Shown here one piece after another: positions 10,119-19,298 of a stretch of DNA of 64,000 nt. The notes beneath the pieces are model-generated. The model had not been told where the DNA came from, searched no databases, and saw only the letters and a program-made list of their open reading frames with translations. The position numbers and the translations under genes are program-made. The stretch's first letter is position 1. The number at the start of each line of letters is the position of its first letter. Where the stretch lies: the NCBI GenBank assembly GCA_963702095.1, contig OY969706.1, forward strand, positions 1,088,001 to 1,152,000. Direction: 5' to 3'. The DNA is from Candidatus Bathyarchaeota archaeon. GTDB lineage: Archaea; Thermoproteota; Bathyarchaeia; Bathyarchaeales; Bathycorpusculaceae.

Positions 10119-10450
10119 GTCAGGCCAGCCTCCACTTTGGCACTTTCAATTGCCTCGATGATTATTTGTTCGAGTTGGGGCAGGTATTCTTGTAATGCGG
10201 GAAAGAGGTAGGGTTTAGCTTGCATGTATCGGGTGCCAGCTTCCACAAAGTAAGCGTAGGTTGCTTCAGCGCCGATACTTACCAGCCAATCTTTGACTAC
10301 AGCGTAGATTGTGCTTCTTAGGTAGCCTGTTTTTACGGAGACAAGTTGTCTTGCTAATGCTTGCACATCGTTAGCCCAAGTGACTAAATAACGGTAGACG
10401 GCATTCTGCAGGGCAGGGTCAAGCCTAAGCATAGCATCCCCAAACTCCAC
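10115..10450 (-). CDS. HK97 gp10-like neck/tail-completion protein
   Basis: VKTGYLRSTI, YAYFVEAGTRYMQAKPYLFPA motifs. Confidence 0.85.
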   Translation of the reverse strand: MEFGDAMLRLDPALQNAVYRYLVTWANDVQALARQLVSVKTGYLRSTIYAVVKDWLVSIGAEATYAYFVEAGTRYMQAKPYLFPALQEYLPQLEQIIIEAIESAKVEAGLT

Positions 10451-10547
10451 TAACCCCTCGACATCGCAGTCAATTTCTACCGTTTTCTTGTTTCCCTCTC
10501 TACTTTGCGCTTTTCTTCTTCGACCATAGCGTCCATTTCGTTGAGTA

Positions 10548-11006
10548 CTACAAGGAAGGACTGGACGGTTCTTGCAGGCTGTTTTCTAAGTTGGGTGATG
10601 GTCCAGCCGAATTCTTTGCATAGCCTAAACTCGCTAAGAGCTGGGTTCGGTCTTCCTCGCTTAATTGCGCTAATAAAAAACGCAAATCCTCATGAGACAA
10701 CCCATTTAGTTTATTGACGATTTTGGAGAGCAATTCGCCAAGCTCGATCGGGACGCCTTCTTCGTCGCCAAGCAACTTTTGCAGAGTTATCGGTTTAGTT
10801 TCGGGTTGCCCATGGATGCTAGCGATTATGGTTTCCGCTTGGATGGCAAGAAAGTCACTGCTTACCACTTCGCCGGTGACGTTGTTGTATTTCGTGTGCT
10901 TCTGAATGATGCGGTTGCGTTTAGCCCAGGTTATCTCTTTTAGAACGTACTTGCCTGCGAATTCAGAGCCAAATCTGTTATCGAGGTCTAAAACTTCGCT
11001 GTTCAA
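10548..11006 (-). CDS. Tail assembly chaperone (G-like); a -1 frameshift product would extend to 10477
   Basis: Immediately after the tail tube gene; contains a slippery heptamer with an open -1 frame. Confidence 0.8.
   Translation of the reverse strand: MNSEVLDLDNRFGSEFAGKYVLKEITWAKRNRIIQKHTKYNNVTGEVVSSDFLAIQAETIIASIHGQPETKPITLQKLLGDEEGVPIELGELLSKIVNKLNGLSHEDLRFLLAQLSEEDRTQLLASLGYAKNSAGPSPNLENSLQEPSSPSL
10674..10680 (-). other. -1 programmed ribosomal frameshift site T TTT TTA
   Basis: X XXY YYZ heptamer in the correct phase (CGT TTT TTA). The -1 frame reads ISAIKRGRPNPALSEFRLCKEFGWTITQLRKQPARTVQSFLVVLNEMD..RKR to a stop at 10477. Confidence 0.75.
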
Positions 11007-11867
11007 TTAGGTCACCTCGCTATCAGTGAAAGATTCTGCAGTGAAGCCCAATTTCATGGCGATGATGTCTTCTGGTCGGCGAACAGAGCTTACGTTTGCC
11101 CATTGGCAGTTCTTGAACAGGAAATACTTGCCAGCGCTTAAATCGAACTTGAGGCTAAATGAGCCATCGGCTGCTGCATAGTATTGGTCTTTGTTTTCAA
11201 AAGTGCAGGTTAATTCACCCGATAGGTCTCTGTGTCTTGGCACGATATACTTGGGCTTTGTTGGGTTGCTAGCTCGAATCACGCCGACACGTTTCAGGTT
11301 GTTTGCTATGGTGAATTTCCAGTCAGTTGTAACTTCAAAAGGCGACAAATTGGAACCATCAGCATTACCTTTCAGAACTGCGATGTCCTCCCAAGAGACG
11401 GCGCCGCTAAGCAAATCGTAGGTTGCACCGGCAGGTTTAGCCGAAGCGCCCGTCACATCCTGGGACATTAGATCGCATTCTGCGCGAAGCACGTCTTCCA
11501 TTGAGCATGAGATTGTTGCTTTATCAATTCTTGAACCGGTATATAGTAAATCAACAAGCTCATCTTGGCCTTCATCTAGAACCGATACTGTGAGCGCGAA
11601 GCAATCGACGACATGGTGCACAAAATTCATGATGTCATCTGAGGGAAGCGGATAAGCTACTTTGAGGTCGGCTTTGAGCAATCCTCGTTTGAGGGCAACT
11701 AAATCGCGGGTGCCGCATCCTCTTATTTTGACAAGTGATGGGTCGATGGCTGGTTCTATGTCGTCTGCGGTTAAGGTTTTGAAAATTGGGTTCGGGGGTA
11801 GTGGAGCGCCTAAGTAGTCCTCTAAGATGTAGTTGAATTTAGAGGTGGCGCCTGCGTAGACGGGCAT
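11007..11867 (-). CDS. Major tail (tube) protein
   Basis: Beta-rich 286 aa; WKFTIANNL and RDLSGELTCTFE motifs; position before the chaperone. Confidence 0.8.
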   Translation of the reverse strand: MPVYAGATSKFNYILEDYLGAPLPPNPIFKTLTADDIEPAIDPSLVKIRGCGTRDLVALKRGLLKADLKVAYPLPSDDIMNFVHHVVDCFALTVSVLDEGQDELVDLLYTGSRIDKATISCSMEDVLRAECDLMSQDVTGASAKPAGATYDLLSGAVSWEDIAVLKGNADGSNLSPFEVTTDWKFTIANNLKRVGVIRASNPTKPKYIVPRHRDLSGELTCTFENKDQYYAAADGSFSLKFDLSAGKYFLFKNCQWANVSSVRRPEDIIAMKLGFTAESFTDSEVT

Positions 11868-11914
11868 TTAGTTGCCGCCTCCCATTTGGGCGTTAGTTTT
11901 ATTCATTGTATCCC

Positions 11915-13270
11915 TCATTTTGCAACCCACAATTTCTTAGGAAAATAACTGCACTTGACTTGGACAGTGACTCTTGCAAAAGTCGAATCATCGGTTTTAT
12001 TGGATGTCTGAGTTACAGCTACATCAATCAAGCCAGGTATGACTCTGCGGTGCTGAATTCCCGTGCCCGGGTCCCAAAGCGGGCCTAACCTGCTGTACAG
12101 GTGCATAATCCGTTCAACTTCAACTCGCATGCGTTCTCGAATAAAGCAGGCTTTGTCAAGGGTAGTACCAAGGACCTTAACTAAAACTTCAACGGCGACT
12201 ACTTCAGCTCTTAACCAACGGTTGCCGCCTTCACTTAGGCTGTAGCAGCTGATTGCATATTTTTGGGGCATGTTTTTGAAGTCATGCTTTGATGGTTGAA
12301 TATCCCAATCAGCAACGGTTGAGGCTCGACCGTCTAGCCAAGCAATTTCGGTTTTAGCGGGCCCGCCTATCCATTCTGCTTTCAGCGTCTCCAATAGGAC
12401 TGTGCTGTTTGGTTCAACTGCAACTTGAGAATTCAAGAACCGATGGATAATGCGAAGGCTGTCTCGGGGTTTTCCAGTGGTGTGCTCAAAGAACCACCAG
12501 TAGGCCTCAAACTGGAGAAGCTCAGCGCCACTGTACCAGACTGTTGGCATGGTGACGGCTTCTTGCATATGGCACACCATGTAGGAGATTGGCATGTTGT
12601 CTGGGTTCCAGATGTTGGCTTCTGGATGCGCCGATAAGCCTCGATGGCGAGTTTCCCAATACCAGCTCTCAATTGTGGCGCCCCAATGCTCCGGATAGGG
12701 TGAAGAGGCCCTTAGCTTGTCAACCAGATACTTGAAAGCTGCAGCGGGTTCCATGTCACCTGAATTAGTCTTAAACCCCACCGTGACAATGTCTTCGTAT
12801 CCAGCGATAACTTGCAAAACTTTGTCGAAGGCTGCAATCTTCCATTCGCAAAAATAAACCTTAATACCGTTAGATTTGCAGAACTGCAGTAACCCAATTA
12901 CATAGTCGTCTGGGAAGGGTAGATGCAGCCACTCTTCATAGTAGCTTACGAGTTCTGCAATACGAATCCAGGGTATCTGGACGCCCGCCGCAATCAAATC
13001 CTGTAACCGCTCGGGGGTCACATACTGAGCTGTATCCCAGCCGCCAGCGCAGTCAATCATCACGGGGATGCCTTGAAAATTAGCAGTTATCCAAGCGGCC
13101 TCATCAGCCCAAACAGCATGTGCATTATACTCAGGGAGCAACACAACATCTGAAACCTTTCCCTCGTTAACTGCGAGCATCTGCTCGTAAACGGCGTGGA
13201 CATTTGGCATGTGCACCGTAAACTCCGGCGACGTCTTTTCGCTAACATGATAAACGATGGTTTTGAGCAC
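11915..13270 (-). CDS. Fusion of an ~280-aa probable (beta/alpha)8 hydrolase-like domain to a tail-terminator/completion-like domain
   Basis: Lies between adaptor and tail tube. N-terminal part aligns with 13730..14686; C-terminal part has VAVEVLVK..ERMRVEVERIM..ARVTVQVKCSY. Confidence 0.65.
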   Translation of the reverse strand: MLKTIVYHVSEKTSPEFTVHMPNVHAVYEQMLAVNEGKVSDVVLLPEYNAHAVWADEAAWITANFQGIPVMIDCAGGWDTAQYVTPERLQDLIAAGVQIPWIRIAELVSYYEEWLHLPFPDDYVIGLLQFCKSNGIKVYFCEWKIAAFDKVLQVIAGYEDIVTVGFKTNSGDMEPAAAFKYLVDKLRASSPYPEHWGATIESWYWETRHRGLSAHPEANIWNPDNMPISYMVCHMQEAVTMPTVWYSGAELLQFEAYWWFFEHTTGKPRDSLRIIHRFLNSQVAVEPNSTVLLETLKAEWIGGPAKTEIAWLDGRASTVADWDIQPSKHDFKNMPQKYAISCYSLSEGGNRWLRAEVVAVEVLVKVLGTTLDKACFIRERMRVEVERIMHLYSRLGPLWDPGTGIQHRRVIPGLIDVAVTQTSNKTDDSTFARVTVQVKCSYFPKKLWVAK

Positions 13271-13596
13271 TATGCACTCCCCAGATAGGGCTCTGTTTCG
13301 GCATCGATGTATGCCTGCAAGAAAGCCACCGCATCATTCCAAAAGCCCTGAGCGCTAGCGGGGTCACGAATGCGACGATATGCCCAAGCCGCAAAATTGC
13401 ATGCAGAGAACTTGACCAGCTGAGGCACGAAAGCTGGCACCATCAAACCCTTGGCTTTTAGGAACCCGTCGATTAAGCCGCTACTAGCAACTATGCAACT
13501 GGCTATTTCCGTATCCTCGCTTGTCTCTGCTGCGTCAATGTGCAAGAAAGGCTTTACTTCCGAGACAACGCAATAGTCTGCCATCGAAATTACCAA
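13270..13596 (-). CDS. Head-tail adaptor (gp6/gp15-like)
   Basis: DYCVVSEVKPFL..ASSGLIDGFL..VPQLVK pattern; ~105 aa. Confidence 0.75.
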   Translation of the reverse strand: MVISMADYCVVSEVKPFLHIDAAETSEDTEIASCIVASSGLIDGFLKAKGLMVPAFVPQLVKFSACNFAAWAYRRIRDPASAQGFWNDAVAFLQAYIDAETEPYLGSA

Positions 13597-13729
13597 GTAG
13601 CCAATCAGAAAAATTAGAAAAAAAGGCTTCTTATCAAAAAAAACCTATCAAAAAATCTACACTAAAAAATACCCTGAAACTCCTAAGTTTTAAAAGCCAA
13701 CAACCGTTAGATATCGATAAACGGGTTGA

Positions 13730-14686
13730 ATGATAATGAACAGGGCAACAATATTAATCGCTGTATTAGTATGCATCATTCTAACCGTCAGTTTTGCAGG
13801 AATCATCGCTACTTATAGCATCGCTGACGAAAACAAAAGCCTCAAAGAACAATTGGCAGCACCGTCAAAAAGCAGCAGTTAACGTTAGTTTTCCATGTAT
13901 CCGAAAAAGGCGATGAATACACATATGCCCGGCTCCCAAACGCCAGCTATACTTACGACCAAATACTCGCACTAAACAACAACACGTACCAAATCCTCTT
14001 ACTTCCAGAATACAAAGGAAACCTCAACTGGACAGAAGAACTCGCCTGGATAGAAGCAAACTTTGGAGGACCACAAGGCATCCCAATAATGCTAGATGTC
14101 TTTGGTGGAGGAAGTCAGAGTACACCCACACCAATGCTGACAACAGACCAAATCTCACAGGCTATGGACATAGCAAACGTCAAGTGCATTCGTATTGCAG
14201 AGGTAATAAGCTGGCACCTAGAAAACAACCTATCCTTCCCAACTAATTACGTTAATGAGCTCTTAGAATTCTGCAAAACACACAACCTCCAAGTATTTTG
14301 GACTGAGTGGAAAAACGACTTCCCAGATAAAAATGTAGAAACCTTTACAGCGATTAAATCATACATAGCAGGCTACGAAGACCTTGTAACCGTTTCCTTT
14401 TCTACCAATTCACAAGAACTTGAACCTGCGGACGCATTTCTAAAACTTGATCAAATGTTTACTCAATGGGGCACATCAATTCAACCTTGGTACTGGAATA
14501 CCACCCAAAACCAAGACCTAATGGACATGCCTGCCTCACTAATACCTAGAACACACTTTTGCAGCTCAAGGATTAGGCGCAAAAATAATACAGTATGAAC
14601 CTTACTGGTATCTCTTTGATAATGGAGTACCAAACGAAAACTTGAAGCTAATCTTAACAAATTTAGTCAACGAAAACAGCCACTAA
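13730..14686 (+). pseudogene. Secreted or membrane-anchored paralog of the N-terminal domain of 11915..13270; two frameshifts (A5 run 13867-13871 and ~14545), possibly assembly errors
   Basis: Signal/TM MNRATILIAVLVCIILTVSFAGII, then FHVSEK, LLPEY, IRIAE, IAGYEDLVTVSFSTNS, WGTSIQPWYW, QYEPYWYLF. Confidence 0.75.
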
Positions 14687-14731
14687 CTCTTTTAAAAAAA
14701 GGAAATTAAGGAAAGAACCGCCTTTTTCGGT

Positions 14732-15880
14732 CTAGTAGTGGCCGCCGCAGTTAATGCAGTCTATTTTCATTTGGCTTGTCGTGCCTGAATCGTATGCGAT
14801 GACGAGTATGAAGCTGTATGTGCCGCTTGGTGTACCGCAGCTGATCCATCTGTCGCCGCCATTGTAAACGAGTTGCTCGCTGCTGAGTCGCCAGTTGTAG
14901 TTGTCGCTTGAGACGTAGACGAGGAACCTGCTGAATGATTGCATTGAATCGCCATGTATCCAAACTTGCCCTGAAGCTGTGCCTCCGAGCCAATAGGATG
15001 CTCGTGCTGTTGCGCCACTTGATGCTGCGAGGAAGGTTGCGTAGCTGTAGTCAGGTGTTCTATACTGGCATTCGTATGGATTAGTAATGGATGCTGAGCC
15101 CCAAACGTCTGTGTATTGGCAGCTACATGCGAAGTGGATTTCGTCGTCAGGGATTAGGAATTTCCAGCTTTCCCAGCCCTCGTCGTAGTGTGATGTTCCA
15201 ACGCTAAATCCGTGTCTGTTGCTTGAATCGGGTATGTCATCAGTTGCACCGCGTTTCTCATAGTAAATTGGGTAGCCGGGTGTAACGTGGTCCCACTCTA
15301 TGCAGAATGAGATTCTGTAAGTGTGTCCGTTCCAAACATGTCCGTTTACTGAGTCAGTGAAGTCTTGCGTTGACCAGTAGTTTGGCCATTGGTCGTATCC
15401 ATAGGTTAAGCCAGACCATGTTAGGTCATATTGGAAGTAGAGTGTGTTGCCGTTCCATTGGTCGTAGTAGAATGTTTGGTCGTTAACCCAGACTGCTCCG
15501 CCTTGTCTGCTAATTGGAATCCACATCGTTGGGTATGGTCCTTCGGCTGGTATCGGTATCTCTAAGCCGTTTGCAACTACCACTCCGTCGATTTCGAGGA
15601 CTTTGAGAAGTCTTGCTTGTACCATTTCGCCGTCGTAGAAGTTACTATCCCATGCGGGTAGTTCTGCGGTTAAGTATGCAACGTCATATTTGTCCTCAGA
15701 TGGGTAGCCATAACATGACTGCTCATGGCTCCAATCATAGCACCGTGAGAATTGCGTGTCATCGATGGTAAGGCTGCCGATTATTGTCTCGCCCGTTGCT
15801 GCCGCTTTTGGAGTTAGTATGGCAAACATTGAGATTGCTAAGAGAGCAATTATCAAGATAGAGATTGGCTTTTTATTCAA
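14732..15880 (-). CDS. Secreted beta-rich protein with a C-terminal discoidin/CBM-like domain (viral cargo)
   Basis: Signal peptide NKKPISILIIALLAISMFAILTPKAAA; W/Y-rich; VYVSSDNYNW motif. Confidence 0.6.
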   Translation of the reverse strand: MNKKPISILIIALLAISMFAILTPKAAATGETIIGSLTIDDTQFSRCYDWSHEQSCYGYPSEDKYDVAYLTAELPAWDSNFYDGEMVQARLLKVLEIDGVVVANGLEIPIPAEGPYPTMWIPISRQGGAVWVNDQTFYYDQWNGNTLYFQYDLTWSGLTYGYDQWPNYWSTQDFTDSVNGHVWNGHTYRISFCIEWDHVTPGYPIYYEKRGATDDIPDSSNRHGFSVGTSHYDEGWESWKFLIPDDEIHFACSCQYTDVWGSASITNPYECQYRTPDYSYATFLAASSGATARASYWLGGTASGQVWIHGDSMQSFSRFLVYVSSDNYNWRLSSEQLVYNGGDRWISCGTPSGTYSFILVIAYDSGTTSQMKIDCINCGGHY

Positions 15881-16046
15881 TTTTTCACCTCCACCAACCC
15901 CTAAATTGGAAAATAACTGCTGAAATGCCTTCTTTTCAAAAAACAGGCAATAAAAAACACTAATTAAAATGAATTAACTAACCGATAACTAGTTAAAAAC
16001 AACGATAAAAAAAGGATAAAAAACAAAGGCTTACTGAATGCAAACA

Positions 16047-16253
16047 CTATCTTTCTAAAAACGCCTTTGCATCAGCAGCAATACGTCGGCATTCTTCCTC
16101 AGACACCTGATCGTCTTGAACAGCATTCACAACATCACTAAGCAAAGTTGTGACTTTGTCCTTGTTCACCTTAAAATCTATACCAACCAAACCAGCGATT
16201 ACTGAAAAGGCAGTTGTAGCAATCAAAGCTATAGTTCCATAATCCAAAATCAA
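16047..16253 (-). CDS. Small single-TM viral protein
   Basis: 68 aa with an N-terminal hydrophobic helix; overlaps the portal stop. Confidence 0.55.
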   Translation of the reverse strand: MILDYGTIALIATTAFSVIAGLVGIDFKVNKDKVTTLLSDVVNAVQDDQVSEEECRRIAADAKAFLER

Positions 16254-17509
16254 TCACCTCCCTTACTTTTGCCATCCAAACTTGTTGACGGTGATGACTG
16301 TGGATTAGCCTCCCAGAGCTCCCAACCTAGAATTTTAACAGCGTTTTTTCTAAATTCTTCAGGTCTAATCAGTTGCTTATCTGCTGCTGAAATTAGATCG
16401 GCAGCTGAGATTTCAGGGGTCTCAGGGTTGCCCCAGTTTAAGCGTACCTGTGCCTTTAGGGGGTCATAACCGCTCTGTTTTGTAATAACTGCAAAAATCT
16501 CCCGCTCGACTCTTCGTTTAATCATTCTTTGGATGGGGTCGATTAACATATCCTGTAGTTCAAGTGCAGCTTTGGCTGAGGCTTCGGTGAAACCAGGAGT
16601 ACTAAATAGGCGTGGGAGTGGCGTTTCACAGCCTAAATAAAACTGGTTAACAATATGGTCGATGTAGTACTCGAAGCGGGCTCTTGGGTCAATAGAAACT
16701 GGGTTAACGCTTACGTTTTTGGCGCCGCTAAAGAGCCATTGGCCTTCTTCGGGTCGGTTTCTAATAGCGTTTTCATATTTCTTGAAACTTTCATCCTTCA
16801 TACCCTCGGCTTGAACAACTACGTCAGGACCGGCATACTTGACAAAGATGCTGGGAAGGATTTTCTCGATTTTAGCTTTCATCCAAGCAAACGCAGGTCG
16901 CTTATCATTGTTGATTGCTAAGGTGTGAAGAAGAACCTGTAGTAAGCCTACACCGAAACCTGAATTAAAGTTTTGATTGATGTTCCAATGCAAAACGGCA
17001 TCAGGTCGCAATTCCCCATTGTTTACGCTTTCACAATAGGCGGCTCGAAGATGGTAGCTCTCAACTTTGTAGGGGATTTTAAAACCTTTAACGCTTGACA
17101 GTTTAATTTTGTCGATTGCGTCGATAGGCATTCGGACAAACTCTGCAAGCCTGTCCGGTGTAAGCCTTAGCCAAAACTCATTTCCACAAGCAATCAACCG
17201 AACAGCCATGTCATGCATTAAGCAATCTAAGTTGATTTCTTCGTTGAAAGAATCAACGGCGTTTTTGGCTTTCTCTTGACCCTGCGCACAAGTGGTGTAA
17301 AATCGTTTAACCGCGCTAGCAGCTAATAAGTCAACGCTGCTTTTGCAGGTTGGGTCTCGGTCATAGAGTCTCATGACGTCGGCAAGCGGAATATCTGAGG
17401 TCTCGTAGAATATTGTTCCAGTTGGATGGGCAACGCCTGAGGAGGGCGGAGCAAAACTGAGGAACTCTCGTAGTTTGTGGTAGATTTGGCTTATGGTTTT
17501 TTCCTCCAA
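16250..17509 (-). CDS. Portal protein
   Basis: 419 aa; LIACGNEFW, VLHW..GFGVGLL, IDPIQRMIKRRVERE pattern. Confidence 0.85.
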   Translation of the reverse strand: MEEKTISQIYHKLREFLSFAPPSSGVAHPTGTIFYETSDIPLADVMRLYDRDPTCKSSVDLLAASAVKRFYTTCAQGQEKAKNAVDSFNEEINLDCLMHDMAVRLIACGNEFWLRLTPDRLAEFVRMPIDAIDKIKLSSVKGFKIPYKVESYHLRAAYCESVNNGELRPDAVLHWNINQNFNSGFGVGLLQVLLHTLAINNDKRPAFAWMKAKIEKILPSIFVKYAGPDVVVQAEGMKDESFKKYENAIRNRPEEGQWLFSGAKNVSVNPVSIDPRARFEYYIDHIVNQFYLGCETPLPRLFSTPGFTEASAKAALELQDMLIDPIQRMIKRRVEREIFAVITKQSGYDPLKAQVRLNWGNPETPEISAADLISAADKQLIRPEEFRKNAVKILGWELWEANPQSSPSTSLDGKSKGGD

Positions 17510-17742
17510 GCCAAAAATAATCTGCCTTTTTCCGTTATTCGAAAAGGTGCAGTTTTCTCAGCGCTCTCTTTTTCTATGTCTCCGTCTATGACAAGAAAAG
17601 CAAACATGCCCGAAAAACAGGCGTAAGAAATGTCTTTGGTGCGAAAGAGCCTCTTCTCAAGTGCTGTGCGACGCATAGGGCCATAGCTAAGAGTTTTTAG
17701 GATAGCCTCAGCCACACCCAAACGGTCAATTAATTCACCCAT
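17491..17742 (-). CDS. Winged-helix DNA-binding protein
   Basis: ILKTLSYGPMRRTAL..FRITEKGRLFL. Confidence 0.7.
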   Translation of the reverse strand: MGELIDRLGVAEAILKTLSYGPMRRTALEKRLFRTKDISYACFSGMFAFLVIDGDIEKESAEKTAPFRITEKGRLFLAWRKKP

Positions 17743-17808
17743 TTTTACATCAGCCCAAACTTTCTTGAAAACAAAAAAGGAGGTTGTTAAGTGAGAGGCA
17801 GTTTTGCT

Positions 17809-18789
17809 CTAAGCTTCAGTCTGCTCTATAGTCTGCTTGATGTTTGTCATTCTGGCAATACCCTTAGAACGCAGGATACCTAAGCCAAATCTGGTTGTGG
17901 CACGAACCCCGTACTTGCCATTCTTAACGTCTATCCAGTCTTCGACTGTAACGTCTCGGCGTAGCAGCATAACAGCGGCAATTCTTGTGTCAATTGCGTA
18001 GGCAGTTCCGTTAGGTACAAGGGTTGTTGACTGAACTTTCATGTTCAGAACGTTTCCTATGCTGCCTTGGGCAATGTCGGTTTCGTCGCTGGGCAGATAT
18101 ACTGAGTTTATGAATTTGTCGTCGTTTAACAATTGGTGCTTCTGCATAGTGCTGCATGGTAGTACTGTTGGGTTCCAGTCCTCGCCTTCGACAGCGTTAT
18201 GAATGTTTAGCAATCCCGCCCAACTTAGTGGTGTATTGCCGCCGGCAACCTCTGCTCCGCCAGCGAGATCGGCATTAGCAACAGCAGCATACAATGCCAG
18301 AATTCTCTTTGTTTCATCTTTGGCAAGGGCTCTTCCAACTTTTTCTACCATGTTATTCATTACGTTCCAAGTGGCGTCTTCGGTGAATTCTTTAGTCCAT
18401 TCTTCAGAGGCTTCGGCTAGGATGTTTGTGTAGATGTCAACGGTACTGCTTTTTTTGCCGCTCAAGCGTGTGACTGCACCTTCAGCATATCGATATGCGA
18501 CAGCTTCTTCGTCAAGTGGAAAGCGCTCCATCTGCTCAGTAGTCGGCAGAACGGTTATGATGCTTCTGCCAATAAGGTTAGGCTGTGCTGCCTGCACTAG
18601 AGTGTCATGCATTCTTCCAAGGGCACCAACAGAATCGCTAAAGAGGCCTTCTTTGACTCCCAAATCGGTATAGCGTTTTAGAAATGGGTGGGTGCACATC
18701 TTCGGTTTCAAAGTTTCATAGAACTGCCTAGTTGAGCCGTCTGTAATGGCTTTGTCTTGCATTACTGCTTCGAAAAGTCTTGGTTTCAT
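17809..18789 (-). CDS. Major capsid protein (HK97 fold)
   Basis: 326 aa; YAEGA, IGNVLNMKV, VTVEDW..YGVRATTRFGLGIL motifs. Confidence 0.9.
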   Translation of the reverse strand: MKPRLFEAVMQDKAITDGSTRQFYETLKPKMCTHPFLKRYTDLGVKEGLFSDSVGALGRMHDTLVQAAQPNLIGRSIITVLPTTEQMERFPLDEEAVAYRYAEGAVTRLSGKKSSTVDIYTNILAEASEEWTKEFTEDATWNVMNNMVEKVGRALAKDETKRILALYAAVANADLAGGAEVAGGNTPLSWAGLLNIHNAVEGEDWNPTVLPCSTMQKHQLLNDDKFINSVYLPSDETDIAQGSIGNVLNMKVQSTTLVPNGTAYAIDTRIAAVMLLRRDVTVEDWIDVKNGKYGVRATTRFGLGILRSKGIARMTNIKQTIEQTEA

Positions 18790-19221
18790 TTAGGCGCCTG
18801 CCTCTATGAAGATTAAATCGCCGTCTGCCTCTGCCTTGTTTACGGTAGTTCCTAATTTGCGACTCATGTAGATAGTGTAAGTTGCTGCACCGCCTTCGTT
18901 TACTTCTTGATCGTTTAGTTCAGTTACTTTTCCGTTGCCGCCGTTACGGACTGCAACCCCTGCGGCAGTGGTTGCGCCATTAGCAACCACTTTGACCCTG
19001 CCTTTTCTTAGGATGGGAACCTGCTCGCTATCCGCAGCGGCTTTAACAGCAATGCCAAAGCCATACCAAGTGGTAGGAGTAGCCGTCACTTTGCCATCAT
19101 TTGTTAATTCGACAGGTGACCCCTTTGTAACTGCGCCATTGGCTTCATAACTCTCAATGACTGCATTTGGATCGTCAGTTTCTCCAGCAGACATCCAAGG
19201 CTTACCTGTTTTATCAGCCAT
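18790..19221 (-). CDS. Capsid decoration/cement protein (DUF2190-like)
   Basis: Gly/Ala-rich, ANGAVTKGSPV..FGIAVKAA; between protease and MCP. Confidence 0.7.
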   Translation of the reverse strand: MADKTGKPWMSAGETDDPNAVIESYEANGAVTKGSPVELTNDGKVTATPTTWYGFGIAVKAAADSEQVPILRKGRVKVVANGATTAAGVAVRNGGNGKVTELNDQEVNEGGAATYTIYMSRKLGTTVNKAEADGDLIFIEAGA

Positions 19222-19298
19222 CCAAAATAATCTCCAAAAGTTTTAACGTTCAGCCAAGGTCGTTCTTGGCCTACTAGCCCCACAAAAGTGAGCATAAA

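Noticed and set aside
10450-10483. Non-canonical ACG start for the gp10-like gene
   Set aside because: The frame is open upstream (TVEIDCDVEGL), but a GTG start exists at 10450 and this cannot be resolved without homologs.
13867-13871. Programmed frameshift or phase variation at the A5 run
   Set aside because: The run is short, the gene has a second indel, and similar indels occur throughout the window.
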